Shown here one piece after another: positions 7,767 to 15,845 of a DNA stretch of 64,000 bases. Both the position numbers and the translations under genes were made by a program. Position 1 is the first letter of the stretch. Every line of letters begins with the position of its first letter. This DNA comes from a virus. The stretch spans positions 1-64,000 of the IMG/VR virus record IMGVR_UViG_3300035126_000842, one strand, 5' to 3'. The notes under the pieces were generated by a model that searched no databases, was not told the DNA's origin, and saw nothing but the letters and a program-made list of their open reading frames with translations.

Positions 7767-8105
7767 ATGGAAGAACAAATAATTGATACCCTTAAAAAAT
7801 TCCAACAACAAGACTACAAGCGTGGAGGAGTTTCAATAGCACCTGAAATGTATAATGCTATTTCAAAGCACATTAACGACCATTACAAACGGGTGATAAT
7901 TGATATTTGCAATGAAGATTATTCAAGCGATGAAAAAATAATGGACATTGCCAGAATATTTATACCTGATTACGACCCACATGAAGCATCAGAAGTAAAA
8001 TGCGACTTGTGTAATAGAAAGTGGTTCGCTGTAAGACCACTGGGGATTAATCAATTAGAATGTCCTAATTGTACCAATATGGTTTATTTTGAAAATGTAT
8101 TGTAG
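7767..8105 (+). CDS. cassette ORF with C-terminal Zn-ribbon
   Basis: CDLC...CPNC. Confidence 0.7.
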   Translation: MEEQIIDTLKKFQQQDYKRGGVSIAPEMYNAISKHINDHYKRVIIDICNEDYSSDEKIMDIARIFIPDYDPHEASEVKCDLCNRKWFAVRPLGINQLECPNCTNMVYFENVL

Positions 8106-8109
8106 CCTT

Positions 8110-8187
8110 GCACATAACGTTTTGCAGATACACGCTGTGAGCGTTGGGTTGAGGGCGGAAAAATAGCGTGTATGTGCTGTTATCGGC
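8110..8187. repeat. attC-like hairpin site A
   Basis: GCACATAAC ... GTTATCGGC cores; inner stem ATACACGCT/AGCGTGTAT; asymmetric unpaired spacer. Confidence 0.7.
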
Positions 8188-8232
8188 TGCCCTTTTTTCG
8201 GAATTAATATTAACAATTTAAAATAAAACAAA

Positions 8233-8451
8233 ATGACAGGACAATGTATTTGCTGCGGTAGAACGCAAGATTTAAGATTAGGTGCTTGCTGGGATTGTGC
8301 AGAAGCAGAAAGTGTAATTGAAGATGGAACTGATATGAGAGATGTTGCACCTCCAAAAATAGAAGGTTTATCAACTTCAATGAGTAAGTTACAATACATA
8401 CTTAGAAAGTATATGAAGATAACAACTACTCCTCCGTCAAAGTTAGGGTAG
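8233..8451 (+). CDS. cassette ORF, small Zn-finger-like protein
   Basis: CICC...CWDC; bracketed by GTTATCGGC (8179) and its reverse complement GCCGATAAC (8464). Confidence 0.7.
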   Translation: MTGQCICCGRTQDLRLGACWDCAEAESVIEDGTDMRDVAPPKIEGLSTSMSKLQYILRKYMKITTTPPSKLG

Positions 8452-8463
8452 TCGCTTAGGGTT

Positions 8464-8560
8464 GCCGATAACAATAAATATACGCAACTGTAACCTTTCA
8501 ACCCGTATAAAGTAAAATGGAAAAAGAAAAACAAACTGACGCAAAACCCTTGTTATCGGC
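8464..8560. repeat. hybrid att-like site
   Basis: GCCGATAACAA/TTGTTATCGGC 11-bp inverted repeat; interior carries the AATAAATATACGCAAC and ACCCGTATAAA motifs and does not self-pair. Confidence 0.55.
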
Positions 8561-8600
8561 TGGCACGGTTTATCAGTAGGAAATTAATTAAAAAAAAACA

Positions 8601-8975
8601 ATGCAAACACAAATTTTAATCGGACTATTTATTTGCCATTTTTTAGCAGATTACACACATTTATCAACTGCTTGGATGCTTAATGCAAAGCGACTTGGAA
8701 AGCCATTATTTCCAATATTCATTCACGCTGCAATGCACACTATGTTAATGTCGCTTGTTTTGGGTTGGTTTATTGGCTTTACAAACGATTGGGCTTACTT
8801 AGTAATATTCCAATGGGTAACACACTTCTTAATTGATGTTTGGAAAGGTAGATTGAATGGTTGGTTTCCTGCACTACAATCACCTGCTAATAAATGGCAT
8901 TGGATTGTGTTTGGATTTGACCAATTACTTCACGCTTTGGTTATTATAGGGATGTCGTTATATGCAGTATCGTAG
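8601..8975 (+). CDS. DUF3307-like membrane protein (cassette ORF)
   Basis: HFLADY, H..MH, HFLID and FGFDQLLH His/Asp motifs within TM helices. Confidence 0.75.
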   Translation: MQTQILIGLFICHFLADYTHLSTAWMLNAKRLGKPLFPIFIHAAMHTMLMSLVLGWFIGFTNDWAYLVIFQWVTHFLIDVWKGRLNGWFPALQSPANKWHWIVFGFDQLLHALVIIGMSLYAVS

Positions 8976-8979
8976 CCTT

Positions 8980-9078
8980 GAACCTAACAATAAATATTCA
9001 AATCGCAACCTTTCACCACCAAACCCGTATAAAGTAATATGAACGAACAAACTAAACTCGAAATCCTGTGTTACCTGC
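8980..9078. repeat. hybrid att-like site
   Basis: GAACCTAAC-AATAAATAT...AAACCCGTATAAAGTAA-ATG...GTTACCTGC; same layout as 8464-8560. Confidence 0.5.
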
Positions 9079-9128
9079 CGTTCTTTAAAATATAGCCTTG
9101 GACGGGCTTTGTAAAATCCATAAATATT

Positions 9129-9467
9129 ATGAATATAGAACAAATTGCAAAAACGTGCCACGAAGTAAACAAGGCATTTTGTGAAAGCATTGGAGATTTA
9201 TCACAACCAAGTTGGGAAAATGCTCCACAATGGCAAAAAGAGAGTGCTGTTAATGGCGTAAACTTCCATTTATCAAACCCAAATTCAAAACCGTGTGACA
9301 GCCATAACAATTGGATGGCTGAGAAATTAAAAGATGGTTGGAAATTTGGAGACGTGAAAAATCCAGAAACAAAAGAACACCCTTGTATTGTTGCTTACGA
9401 GCAATTGCCGAAAGACCAACAAACAAAAGACGCTTTGTTTATTTCAGTTGTACGCTCTTTCGAGTAG
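9129..9467 (+). CDS. RyR-domain-like phage protein (cassette ORF)
   Basis: HNNWMAEKLKDGWKFG...KEHPCIVAYEQLP..QQTKD. Confidence 0.75.
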   Translation: MNIEQIAKTCHEVNKAFCESIGDLSQPSWENAPQWQKESAVNGVNFHLSNPNSKPCDSHNNWMAEKLKDGWKFGDVKNPETKEHPCIVAYEQLPKDQQTKDALFISVVRSFE

Positions 9468-9513
9468 TAATTTGTGTGTTCGTAGGACTGTTCTTCGGAG
9501 CGGTCTTACGGTT

Positions 9514-9649
9514 GCACCTAACGGTTCGGGTATTGCCGAAGGCAGGGATTTGAAAGACAAAAGTTTCAACCTTGCACAAATACCCAATAGAATTAAAAAC
9601 GATTAATTAACCGAGAACGCCCTGCTTTTGGCAATACCTTGTTAGGTGC
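9514..9649. repeat. attC-like hairpin site B (complete)
   Basis: Perfect GCACCTAAC/GTTAGGTGC cores; inner GGTATTGCC/GGCAATACC and GCAGGG/CCCTGC stems; long variable loop. Confidence 0.75.
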
Positions 9650-9674
9650 AGTGCTTCTCACAAATTTTGAAAAT

Positions 9675-9905
9675 ATGAAAACTTCAACACAAGAACTAAT
9701 TGAAAGAGTTAAATCAGTTGATAACATTAGAAGCCTTGTTACTTGGCTAAATAAAAATGAAAAACGATTGATTGAACAAGAACGTGAATTGCTAAAAGAT
9801 GTGTCTGTCAATTCACAAAGAGATTACATAAATGCTGGTGAATGTTATCCACCGCAATTTGTGGTAGATAGGGCTAATAATGTTATCAACGAGTTGCTTT
9901 CATAG
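9675..9905 (+). CDS. cassette ORF, hypothetical
   Basis: ATG at 9675; bracketed by GTTAGGTGCAGTGCT and AGCATTTCACCTAAC (13/15 complementary). Confidence 0.7.
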   Translation: MKTSTQELIERVKSVDNIRSLVTWLNKNEKRLIEQERELLKDVSVNSQRDYINAGECYPPQFVVDRANNVINELLS

Positions 9906-9909
9906 CATT

Positions 9910-9970
9910 TCACCTAACAATAAATATACGCAACCCGCAACAATTCACCCTTAAACCCGTATAAAGTAAC
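9910..9970. repeat. half att-like site plus leader repeat
   Basis: CACCTAAC-AATAAATATACGCAAC...AAACCCGTATAAAGTAA. Confidence 0.55.
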
Positions 9971-10159
9971 ATGGCAAAAAAAGAACCGAAGTTAAAACAC
10001 ATAGTAATTGTTGGGAAATTCGATGATGACAAATGCCGTCAAGTATTGATTAATCCAAAAACTCAGGATGTGGTATTGTCTGCAATAGTTGCATGCGAAG
10101 GTAGTGTTAGAGTACTTGATAAAGTTATTGATAATATTGACATTGAAATACCTGAATAA
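9971..10159 (+). CDS. hypothetical protein
   Basis: 62-aa ORF starting 5 nt after ACCCGTATAAA. Confidence 0.65.
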   Translation: MAKKEPKLKHIVIVGKFDDDKCRQVLINPKTQDVVLSAIVACEGSVRVLDKVIDNIDIEIPE

Positions 10160-10178
10160 CCTTTTCACTTCAAACCCG

Positions 10179-10212
10179 TATAAACCAATATGACACCTTT
10201 CAACACCACTAT
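10179..10212 (+). repeat. 34-bp direct repeat, right copy (includes start of ORF 10190)
   Basis: Identical to 7686-7719. Confidence 0.9.
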
Positions 10213-10675
10213 CATCGAAACGCCAGAAACCAACTTAGACTGGCTGTATCAGTTCGAACTTCCCGATGGTCGCACGGCTTTTATCGAACCTCACGCAATC
10301 GACCACGCCAATCCGTACCAGTACCATTCGTTCCTGCTGAATGACATCAGGAATAATCAGGTACTTGACATTAGGCAAGGCATAATCACCCCGAAACAAG
10401 TCTATCGGGACTGGTTCGTGATGCCGTATCAATCATTCAGGGGACAATACTTCTTCCAACTTATCATGCCCGAGTTGATTCTGGATGGATGGGATATTGA
10501 AGAACTGCTCAAAATGGAGAAGGAGTTTGACTATAAAGGACACAACGCATTCAAGTTATACCGCAACGACTACGGGCATACTTGCTATAATGTCGAAACG
10601 ATTGATAGGAACTACACCGGCATAGATGGCTGGTATATTGGAATAATCAAAGACAAGGAGGTGCAAGATGTTTGA
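10190..10675 (+). CDS. hypothetical protein (visibly higher GC than genome background)
   Basis: 161-aa ORF with many C/G-ending codons. Confidence 0.7.
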   Translation: MTPFNTTIIETPETNLDWLYQFELPDGRTAFIEPHAIDHANPYQYHSFLLNDIRNNQVLDIRQGIITPKQVYRDWFVMPYQSFRGQYFFQLIMPELILDGWDIEELLKMEKEFDYKGHNAFKLYRNDYGHTCYNVETIDRNYTGIDGWYIGIIKDKEVQDV

Positions 10676-10952
10676 GATAAACGGCAAAATTTATACAGAA
10701 CGCCCACAACAACCTAAAAAGAAAAACAGAATAGGTAGGATTGAACTTATGGCAATGGCAATGACTTACATTAATCCGTACGATTACGGAGGCTCAAATT
10801 ATACCAGACCTTTTCCGAAGTTAAAAAATAGTTTGGTTGAAGAATTTAGGCTCATTCAGGAAAAGAAATCAAGCCTTTCAAGAGCCGAAAGAAAAATGGT
10901 TGAAAATCGATTTCATACAGTTTATCAGGAGGTGCAAGATGAAAACAATTGA
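10668..10952 (+). CDS. hypothetical protein
   Basis: 94-aa ORF flanked by AGGAGGTGCAAGATG repeats (10656, 10927). Confidence 0.7.
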   Translation: MFEINGKIYTERPQQPKKKNRIGRIELMAMAMTYINPYDYGGSNYTRPFPKLKNSLVEEFRLIQEKKSSLSRAERKMVENRFHTVYQEVQDENN

Positions 10953-11139
10953 AAAGATAGTAACAGCGACAATTGTAATTTACTTTTTGATTTTGTTGAA
11001 TATGCTTAATGTTCATATTATTAAATCAATTGGTAGTGATTTTGCTTTCTTGATTTTTATTCCTCAGATTGCAATAGGATTTGTTTCAGGATATAATTTT
11101 TTTAGGATTCACAATTTAATTTGGAATTATAACCGATGA
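10939..11139 (+). CDS. small membrane protein
   Basis: ATG at 10939 (ORF track starts at 10837); two TM segments. Confidence 0.6.
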   Translation: MKTIEKIVTATIVIYFLILLNMLNVHIIKSIGSDFAFLIFIPQIAIGFVSGYNFFRIHNLIWNYNR

Positions 11140-11462
11140 GAAATAACACGTACACTTACCGATTTTTTTATGCTGTAGGATTTTACGGTCTTACTGTTAG
11201 CTCTATTGTATTATCTATAGCATGGATTGTTACAAGCAATAGTAGAGATAAATCAGCAGAAATGGAATTATACTGGCGCAACCAATACATTGAAAGTAGA
11301 TTACTACTTAACAAATGTGTCAGGGAAAACGATGTTTTGATAGATATTTTTACAGCTCAAGATGTAGGCATATGTGCTATATATTGCGATGAAGTAAGAG
11401 AATTTAAAGAAGCTTTAATTAAAAAACATTACAAACCGAATGAAAAAGAAAATAACAATTGA
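11136..11462 (+). CDS. membrane-anchored hypothetical protein
   Basis: N-terminal TM; ATGA overlap with the previous gene. Confidence 0.6.
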   Translation: MRNNTYTYRFFYAVGFYGLTVSSIVLSIAWIVTSNSRDKSAEMELYWRNQYIESRLLLNKCVRENDVLIDIFTAQDVGICAIYCDEVREFKEALIKKHYKPNEKENNN

Positions 11463-11874
11463 GATAGGTTTTTTAGAAGCGGTTCTTATAGAAAAAGCGC
11501 TTGAGTTATATACTAGAACAGGTTTATTGCAGTTTAATAGACTTACTATATGTGATAGTTTACAATCTAAAATATGGAAGGATGAGTTAAGTGAAACTTT
11601 TGAAGAAAAAACGGATGCTTTAAAAGCAATATTTAACTACTCTAGAAATTCTAATCCTGGCATACTTAACAAAACTGATGTACAAGATGATGTTAGAATA
11701 GCTTGTCACATGTTTCAACAATTTAGACATGAACGGTATAAAGATAGAATAGCATCTGGTGAACAAATAGAAAGTTATCATACCGTTGATGAATATCCTG
11801 CAGATATGTGTGATATTGCCGGTATTAGACCACCAGATTGTACTATAACAGTAACAAATGTAAGCGAAGAATAG
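11440..11874 (+). CDS. hypothetical protein
   Basis: 144-aa ORF, translationally coupled. Confidence 0.7.
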   Translation: MKKKITIEIGFLEAVLIEKALELYTRTGLLQFNRLTICDSLQSKIWKDELSETFEEKTDALKAIFNYSRNSNPGILNKTDVQDDVRIACHMFQQFRHERYKDRIASGEQIESYHTVDEYPADMCDIAGIRPPDCTITVTNVSEE

Positions 11875-11875
11875 T

Positions 11876-12121
11876 ATGGCAAAAATAATATTAGAATTTG
11901 ATTCTATAGAAGAATTTGAAGAAGCTGTAACTGCGATTAATGCAGGAAAATGGAAATCAGCAATGTTTGAGCTAGATCAAAAACTTCGTTCTACTACTAA
12001 ATATGGTCAAAGTATAATAGAGCATAATAAGCAAGCTACTAACCAAGAAATAGAGACAGTAGAAGCTGTACGAGAATTAATCAAAAATATTTTAGACGAC
12101 TACCAACTTTCTATACCATGA
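11876..12121 (+). CDS. hypothetical protein
   Basis: 81-aa ORF. Confidence 0.7.
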   Translation: MAKIILEFDSIEEFEEAVTAINAGKWKSAMFELDQKLRSTTKYGQSIIEHNKQATNQEIETVEAVRELIKNILDDYQLSIP

Positions 12122-12651
12122 AATATAAGTTAGTAAACAATAACACCGAAGAAAAAACCCTTTGTGATAAAGTTACAATAGATGGATTTGATTATTATGT
12201 TTCTCCTTATAATAAAGACTTCAAGATTAATGAGGTCTCTATTTACAAAAAATGGAAACTTGGAATTGTAACGAATGTAAATGATGATATTTTAGAATTT
12301 GAAGGTGAGTTTATAGATGAAAGTGATTTATACAAAATTGTTTGTAGTAACAACCCTAACATTGATATTCCTAAAGTAGTGGATGAAGTTGATGTTAAAG
12401 AATATATTGCTTTATCTGTACTAAATCAACAAGATTGGGATACATCGACTAATTTACCTTTTAATCATGGTTTTATAAAAGGTTACAATAAATCCCAAGA
12501 AACACATCCTTTTAGTGAAGATGATATGATTGAGTTTGCTGAGTTTTATTTTAGAGAAGAGTTTAATTCAACAATGCAAGATTGTAAATCATCTAAAGAA
12601 CTCTTCGAACTTTGGAAAGAACAACAACCTAAAATAGTTTATTATGATTAA
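12118..12651 (+). CDS. hypothetical protein
   Basis: 177-aa ORF with ATGA overlaps. Confidence 0.7.
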   Translation: MKYKLVNNNTEEKTLCDKVTIDGFDYYVSPYNKDFKINEVSIYKKWKLGIVTNVNDDILEFEGEFIDESDLYKIVCSNNPNIDIPKVVDEVDVKEYIALSVLNQQDWDTSTNLPFNHGFIKGYNKSQETHPFSEDDMIEFAEFYFREEFNSTMQDCKSSKELFELWKEQQPKIVYYD

Positions 12652-12967
12652 ATTTGAATCTCACATTACTGTGAATAAACCTAAAGATATTACAGAAGCT
12701 AGATTATTATTTAAAATTGCGTCTGATAATAACATGAAAACTTCTTGGATAACAGGAGACCCAGTTTTAGGTGTTGGTAAGTGGTTTTATATAAGCGGAT
12801 ATTCTACAGATTTTGATAATTTGTTAGAAAAAGTTAAAAATGTGTCGCATCAAATAAAAAATAATAACATAGAAGTTATCCGTGAAAAAATAGAACAGAT
12901 AATGTATGATACTAAAACAAATTATTTTACATGCGGTGTTGATTGTTTTGCTTGTTTGGATAATTAA
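12644..12967 (+). CDS. hypothetical protein
   Basis: 107-aa ORF ending CGVDCFAC. Confidence 0.7.
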   Translation: MIKFESHITVNKPKDITEARLLFKIASDNNMKTSWITGDPVLGVGKWFYISGYSTDFDNLLEKVKNVSHQIKNNNIEVIREKIEQIMYDTKTNYFTCGVDCFACLDN

Positions 12968-13068
12968 ATATTTTATAAAATGAATAACGAATACAGAATA
13001 TATAACGCAACAGCTATTCAAAAAAGAATAAAAGAGTTGAAAAAATAAAACAAGACTACATCACAAAC

Positions 13069-13087
13069 TTAAAACTTGATATATGAA
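13069..13087 (+). repeat. 19-bp direct repeat TTAAAACTTGATATATGAA (second copy 13361-13379)
   Basis: Two identical copies bracket ORF 13083-13358; each contains an ATG start. Confidence 0.8.
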
Positions 13088-13358
13088 AATGCAAAACATT
13101 CAAAAGTTTAGAGAACTATTATCTGAAGATATAGGTTTAAATCGTTCTTTAGTGTCAGCTTTTGCTTCTAACTACGAACATGCTTCACAAAATTCAATCA
13201 ATACAGCTAATGAGGTTGCTGCTGAACATACCTATTATGATTTAATATCAGATACTTTTACTGAAGATATTAGTTTTGAAATAGATGAAAATGAGTTAAA
13301 AAATTTTTTAATTCAACAATATGGGTTTACTATAGCTTTCGTACAAAGTGGATTTTAA
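13083..13358 (+). CDS. hypothetical protein
   Basis: 91-aa ORF between 19-bp repeats. Confidence 0.65.
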   Translation: MKMQNIQKFRELLSEDIGLNRSLVSAFASNYEHASQNSINTANEVAAEHTYYDLISDTFTEDISFEIDENELKNFLIQQYGFTIAFVQSGF

Positions 13359-13374
13359 AATTAAAACTTGATAT

Positions 13375-13659
13375 ATGAATACACCAGTAAAATTTGAATT
13401 AGTAAAGTTGCTAAAAGAAAAAGATGAACAGTTTGATGTAACATCTACTTTAGATTATCCAACCATATCAGAAGTAGTGATGTGGTTGTATGAGAAACAT
13501 GGGATTTGGATAACAGTTACAAGTATTTCACAAGAATCTTGGCAATGTCACATGACTAAAAAGGGGGATTCTTTAGGTAAGTGTTACTTAGAAGATTTTT
13601 ATAATCCAACAGAAGCTTATGAAGCTGCTATTTTATACACATTAAATAATTTAATATGA
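13375..13659 (+). CDS. hypothetical protein
   Basis: PT.SEVVMWLYEKHGIWI...EAYEAAI pattern; similar architecture to the next ORF. Confidence 0.7.
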   Translation: MNTPVKFELVKLLKEKDEQFDVTSTLDYPTISEVVMWLYEKHGIWITVTSISQESWQCHMTKKGDSLGKCYLEDFYNPTEAYEAAILYTLNNLI

Positions 13660-14099
13660 AAGACTTAGAAAAAGAATTTGTTCCATATCAACCAAGTCTT
13701 GATATGAAAGAACTTGGGTTTGATGAACCTTGTTTTGCTATATGGTCAGGAATTGATGAACTTAATTTTAGCATAACAGATACTATACGATTGTATTCTT
13801 CAGAATTTAGCATTAATGGTACTCAAAGCAGCAAGTTTTATGTCAACGATTTTAATTCACTTAGAGTTGCAGCACCAACATTCTCACAAGCCTTGAGATG
13901 GTTTAGTGAGAAACAGGAAATTGAAGGTTTTGTACATAAATCTATTGAAGGGAATTATTATTTTGTAATTAAAAGAATCGGAAATAATGAAAGTAATATG
14001 TATGAATTCACAAAAACCTCACCTAAAACTTTTGATACCTACGAAGAAGCAGAACTTGAATGCTTAAAAAAATTAATTGAAATTGTAAAAAACAAATAG
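13656..14099 (+). CDS. hypothetical protein
   Basis: EKEFVPY...LGFDEPC...APTFSQALRWF...YEEAELECLKKLIEIVK. Confidence 0.75.
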   Translation: MKDLEKEFVPYQPSLDMKELGFDEPCFAIWSGIDELNFSITDTIRLYSSEFSINGTQSSKFYVNDFNSLRVAAPTFSQALRWFSEKQEIEGFVHKSIEGNYYFVIKRIGNNESNMYEFTKTSPKTFDTYEEAELECLKKLIEIVKNK

Positions 14100-14100
14100 A

Positions 14101-14646
14101 ATGAAAAATTTACACATTATCCCAACTGAAGAAATTTGGAAAGATATAATCGGATATGAAGGTATTTATCAAGTATCTAATTTTGGAAATGTGAAAAGTT
14201 TGGGTAATAATTTTTCAAGAAAAGAAAGATTTCTTAAACTATCTTCTCAAAGTAAAGGATATTTAACAGTTGTTTTACAAAAAAATGCAACAAGAAAAAT
14301 GGTACTTGTTCATAGACTTGTAGCAGAACATTTTATAGATAATACTGAATCTAAACCTCAAGTAAATCATATTAATGGAGATAAAACTGACAATAGTATT
14401 GAAAACCTAGAGTGGGTTTCTCATAGAGAAAATTTAGACCACGCTATAAAAAACAATTTAACTTTAAAAGGAGAAGAAAATCGTAATTCTAAATTAAAAG
14501 ATGTAGATGTTATTAAAATACATTCTTTATTACAAAAAGGAATTACAACAAAAGAATTGTCAGAAAGTTACAATGTATCTTATAGCACAATAGATGGTAT
14601 TAGAACAAATATATATTGGAAACATTTAAACTTACCTAAAATATGA
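14101..14646 (+). CDS. NUMOD4-HNH homing endonuclease
   Basis: EIWKDIIGYEGIYQVSNFG (NUMOD4); VHRLVA...VNHINGDKTDN...NLEW (HNH); C-terminal HTH. Confidence 0.9.
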   Translation: MKNLHIIPTEEIWKDIIGYEGIYQVSNFGNVKSLGNNFSRKERFLKLSSQSKGYLTVVLQKNATRKMVLVHRLVAEHFIDNTESKPQVNHINGDKTDNSIENLEWVSHRENLDHAIKNNLTLKGEENRNSKLKDVDVIKIHSLLQKGITTKELSESYNVSYSTIDGIRTNIYWKHLNLPKI

Positions 14647-15302
14647 AAAATTTATACAAAATACAAGATGAGTTATATATAATAGATAACAATGAAAAAG
14701 TTACTCAAAATGGAATATGGGCAAAGTGTTCATTTACTGGAGATATTCTAAAAAATAGAAATGGTCAGTATGCTTATAAAGTGATACTTACTACTAATAA
14801 ATTGCTCATCAAAGATGGTGTACAAGCTATTGATGATGAATTTTTAGAGTGGTTTGTTAAGAATCCAAGTTGTGAGGAGGTTGAGGTAGTTGATAATTTA
14901 AAATATTTTAATGTTGATGAATTAAGAGAAAGACATCTTAAAGGATTACCTCATTTATATTCTGAAAAGATTGGTTACAAAATAATTATTCAAAAAGAAG
15001 AACCTAAACAAGAACTACCAAAATTAGGGACAAAAGAGTTTAACGATTTAGCATCTGCTTATTTTGGTGGTAAACCTAAACAAGAAACACTTGAAGAAGC
15101 TGCTGAAAAATATGCTGAATTATCATATTACAATAGAGATGATGTAAACGCTTTTGTAAATGGTGCTAAATGGCAAGCAGAAAGAATGTATAGTGAAAAA
15201 GAACTTTTTCAAATTATAGCGGAAATACTTCATACACCCGCATTAAGGGATGGTAGTTGGGAAGATATTTCAAATTGGTTTGAACAATTTAAAAAGAAAT
15301 GA
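14643..15302 (+). CDS. modular hypothetical protein (KQETLEE...GAKWQ.ERMYSE...WFEQFKKK module)
   Basis: C-terminal module is repeated in the next gene. Confidence 0.75.
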   Translation: MKNLYKIQDELYIIDNNEKVTQNGIWAKCSFTGDILKNRNGQYAYKVILTTNKLLIKDGVQAIDDEFLEWFVKNPSCEEVEVVDNLKYFNVDELRERHLKGLPHLYSEKIGYKIIIQKEEPKQELPKLGTKEFNDLASAYFGGKPKQETLEEAAEKYAELSYYNRDDVNAFVNGAKWQAERMYSEKELFQIIAEILHTPALRDGSWEDISNWFEQFKKK

Positions 15303-15303
15303 C

Positions 15304-15543
15304 ATGAAACAAGAAACACTTGAAGAGGTTGCTGAAAGAATATCCAAAGAACATTATGTTGACCAATCAGATTATTGGGCAATTGGTGTTGATTCATTTA
15401 AAAGAGGTGCTAAATGGCAACAAGAAAGAATGTATAGTGAGGAAGATATGAGAGAAGCTTATATGGTTGGAAAACATGGAGGAACAACACAGGTATACTA
15501 TGAGTTTAAAGAATGGTTTGAACAATTTAAAAAGAAAGTATGA
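15304..15543 (+). CDS. stand-alone KQETLEE/GAKWQ/WFEQFKKK module protein
   Basis: ATG at 15304 (ORF track starts at 15250); shares 20-35-bp DNA anchors with 15078-15299. Confidence 0.75.
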   Translation: MKQETLEEVAERISKEHYVDQSDYWAIGVDSFKRGAKWQQERMYSEEDMREAYMVGKHGGTTQVYYEFKEWFEQFKKKV

Positions 15544-15845
15544 CCGAGAAACAACTAGAATTTAATAGAGACTGTGCTTTTTTCCTACAATGGAAAAATA
15601 AAGGTATGGTAAACCTTGAAATGTGGGTATCTGATAGAACACCTATTGGTGCAAATACAAATGAGTTACTATTTCATAAAGACTGGAATTGGTTAATGGA
15701 TGTAGTAAAAAAAGCATTAGATATTTGTTTTGAAGAAGATCAAGTAAATGATTACTACTATATACTAGATGCTGTACCTGATATAGATACTGTAGTAGAA
15801 AGAACACACGTTTTTATTAAGAAACTAAACTTAAACAAAACATGA
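15540..15845 (+). CDS. hypothetical protein
   Basis: 101 aa; contains LLFHKDWNWLMDVV. Confidence 0.7.
   Translation: MTEKQLEFNRDCAFFLQWKNKGMVNLEMWVSDRTPIGANTNELLFHKDWNWLMDVVKKALDICFEEDQVNDYYYILDAVPDIDTVVERTHVFIKKLNLNKT

Larger units (their letters stand above)
7720..10178 (+). mobile_element. integron-like gene-cassette array (attC-like hairpins and hybrid sites, no integrase in window)
   Basis: Single small ORFs bracketed by GTTA.. and ..TAAC cores; two complete hairpin sites; whole block flanked by a 34-bp direct repeat. Confidence 0.65.

Noticed and set aside
8055-9811. Overlapping/antisense ORFs 8055-8534(-), 8958-9161(-), 9071-9310(-), 9338-9553, 9388-9606, 9593-9811(-)
   Set aside because: They run through att-like hairpins and repeats or shadow better-supported genes; they are likely by-products of locally higher GC.
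7686-10212. CRISPR array
   Set aside because: The repeats are degenerate, irregularly spaced and separated by whole ORFs; no cas genes are present.
15078-15537. Diversity-generating retroelement TR/VR pair
   Set aside because: The differences are whole unrelated segments rather than adenine-specific substitutions, and there is no reverse transcriptase in the window.
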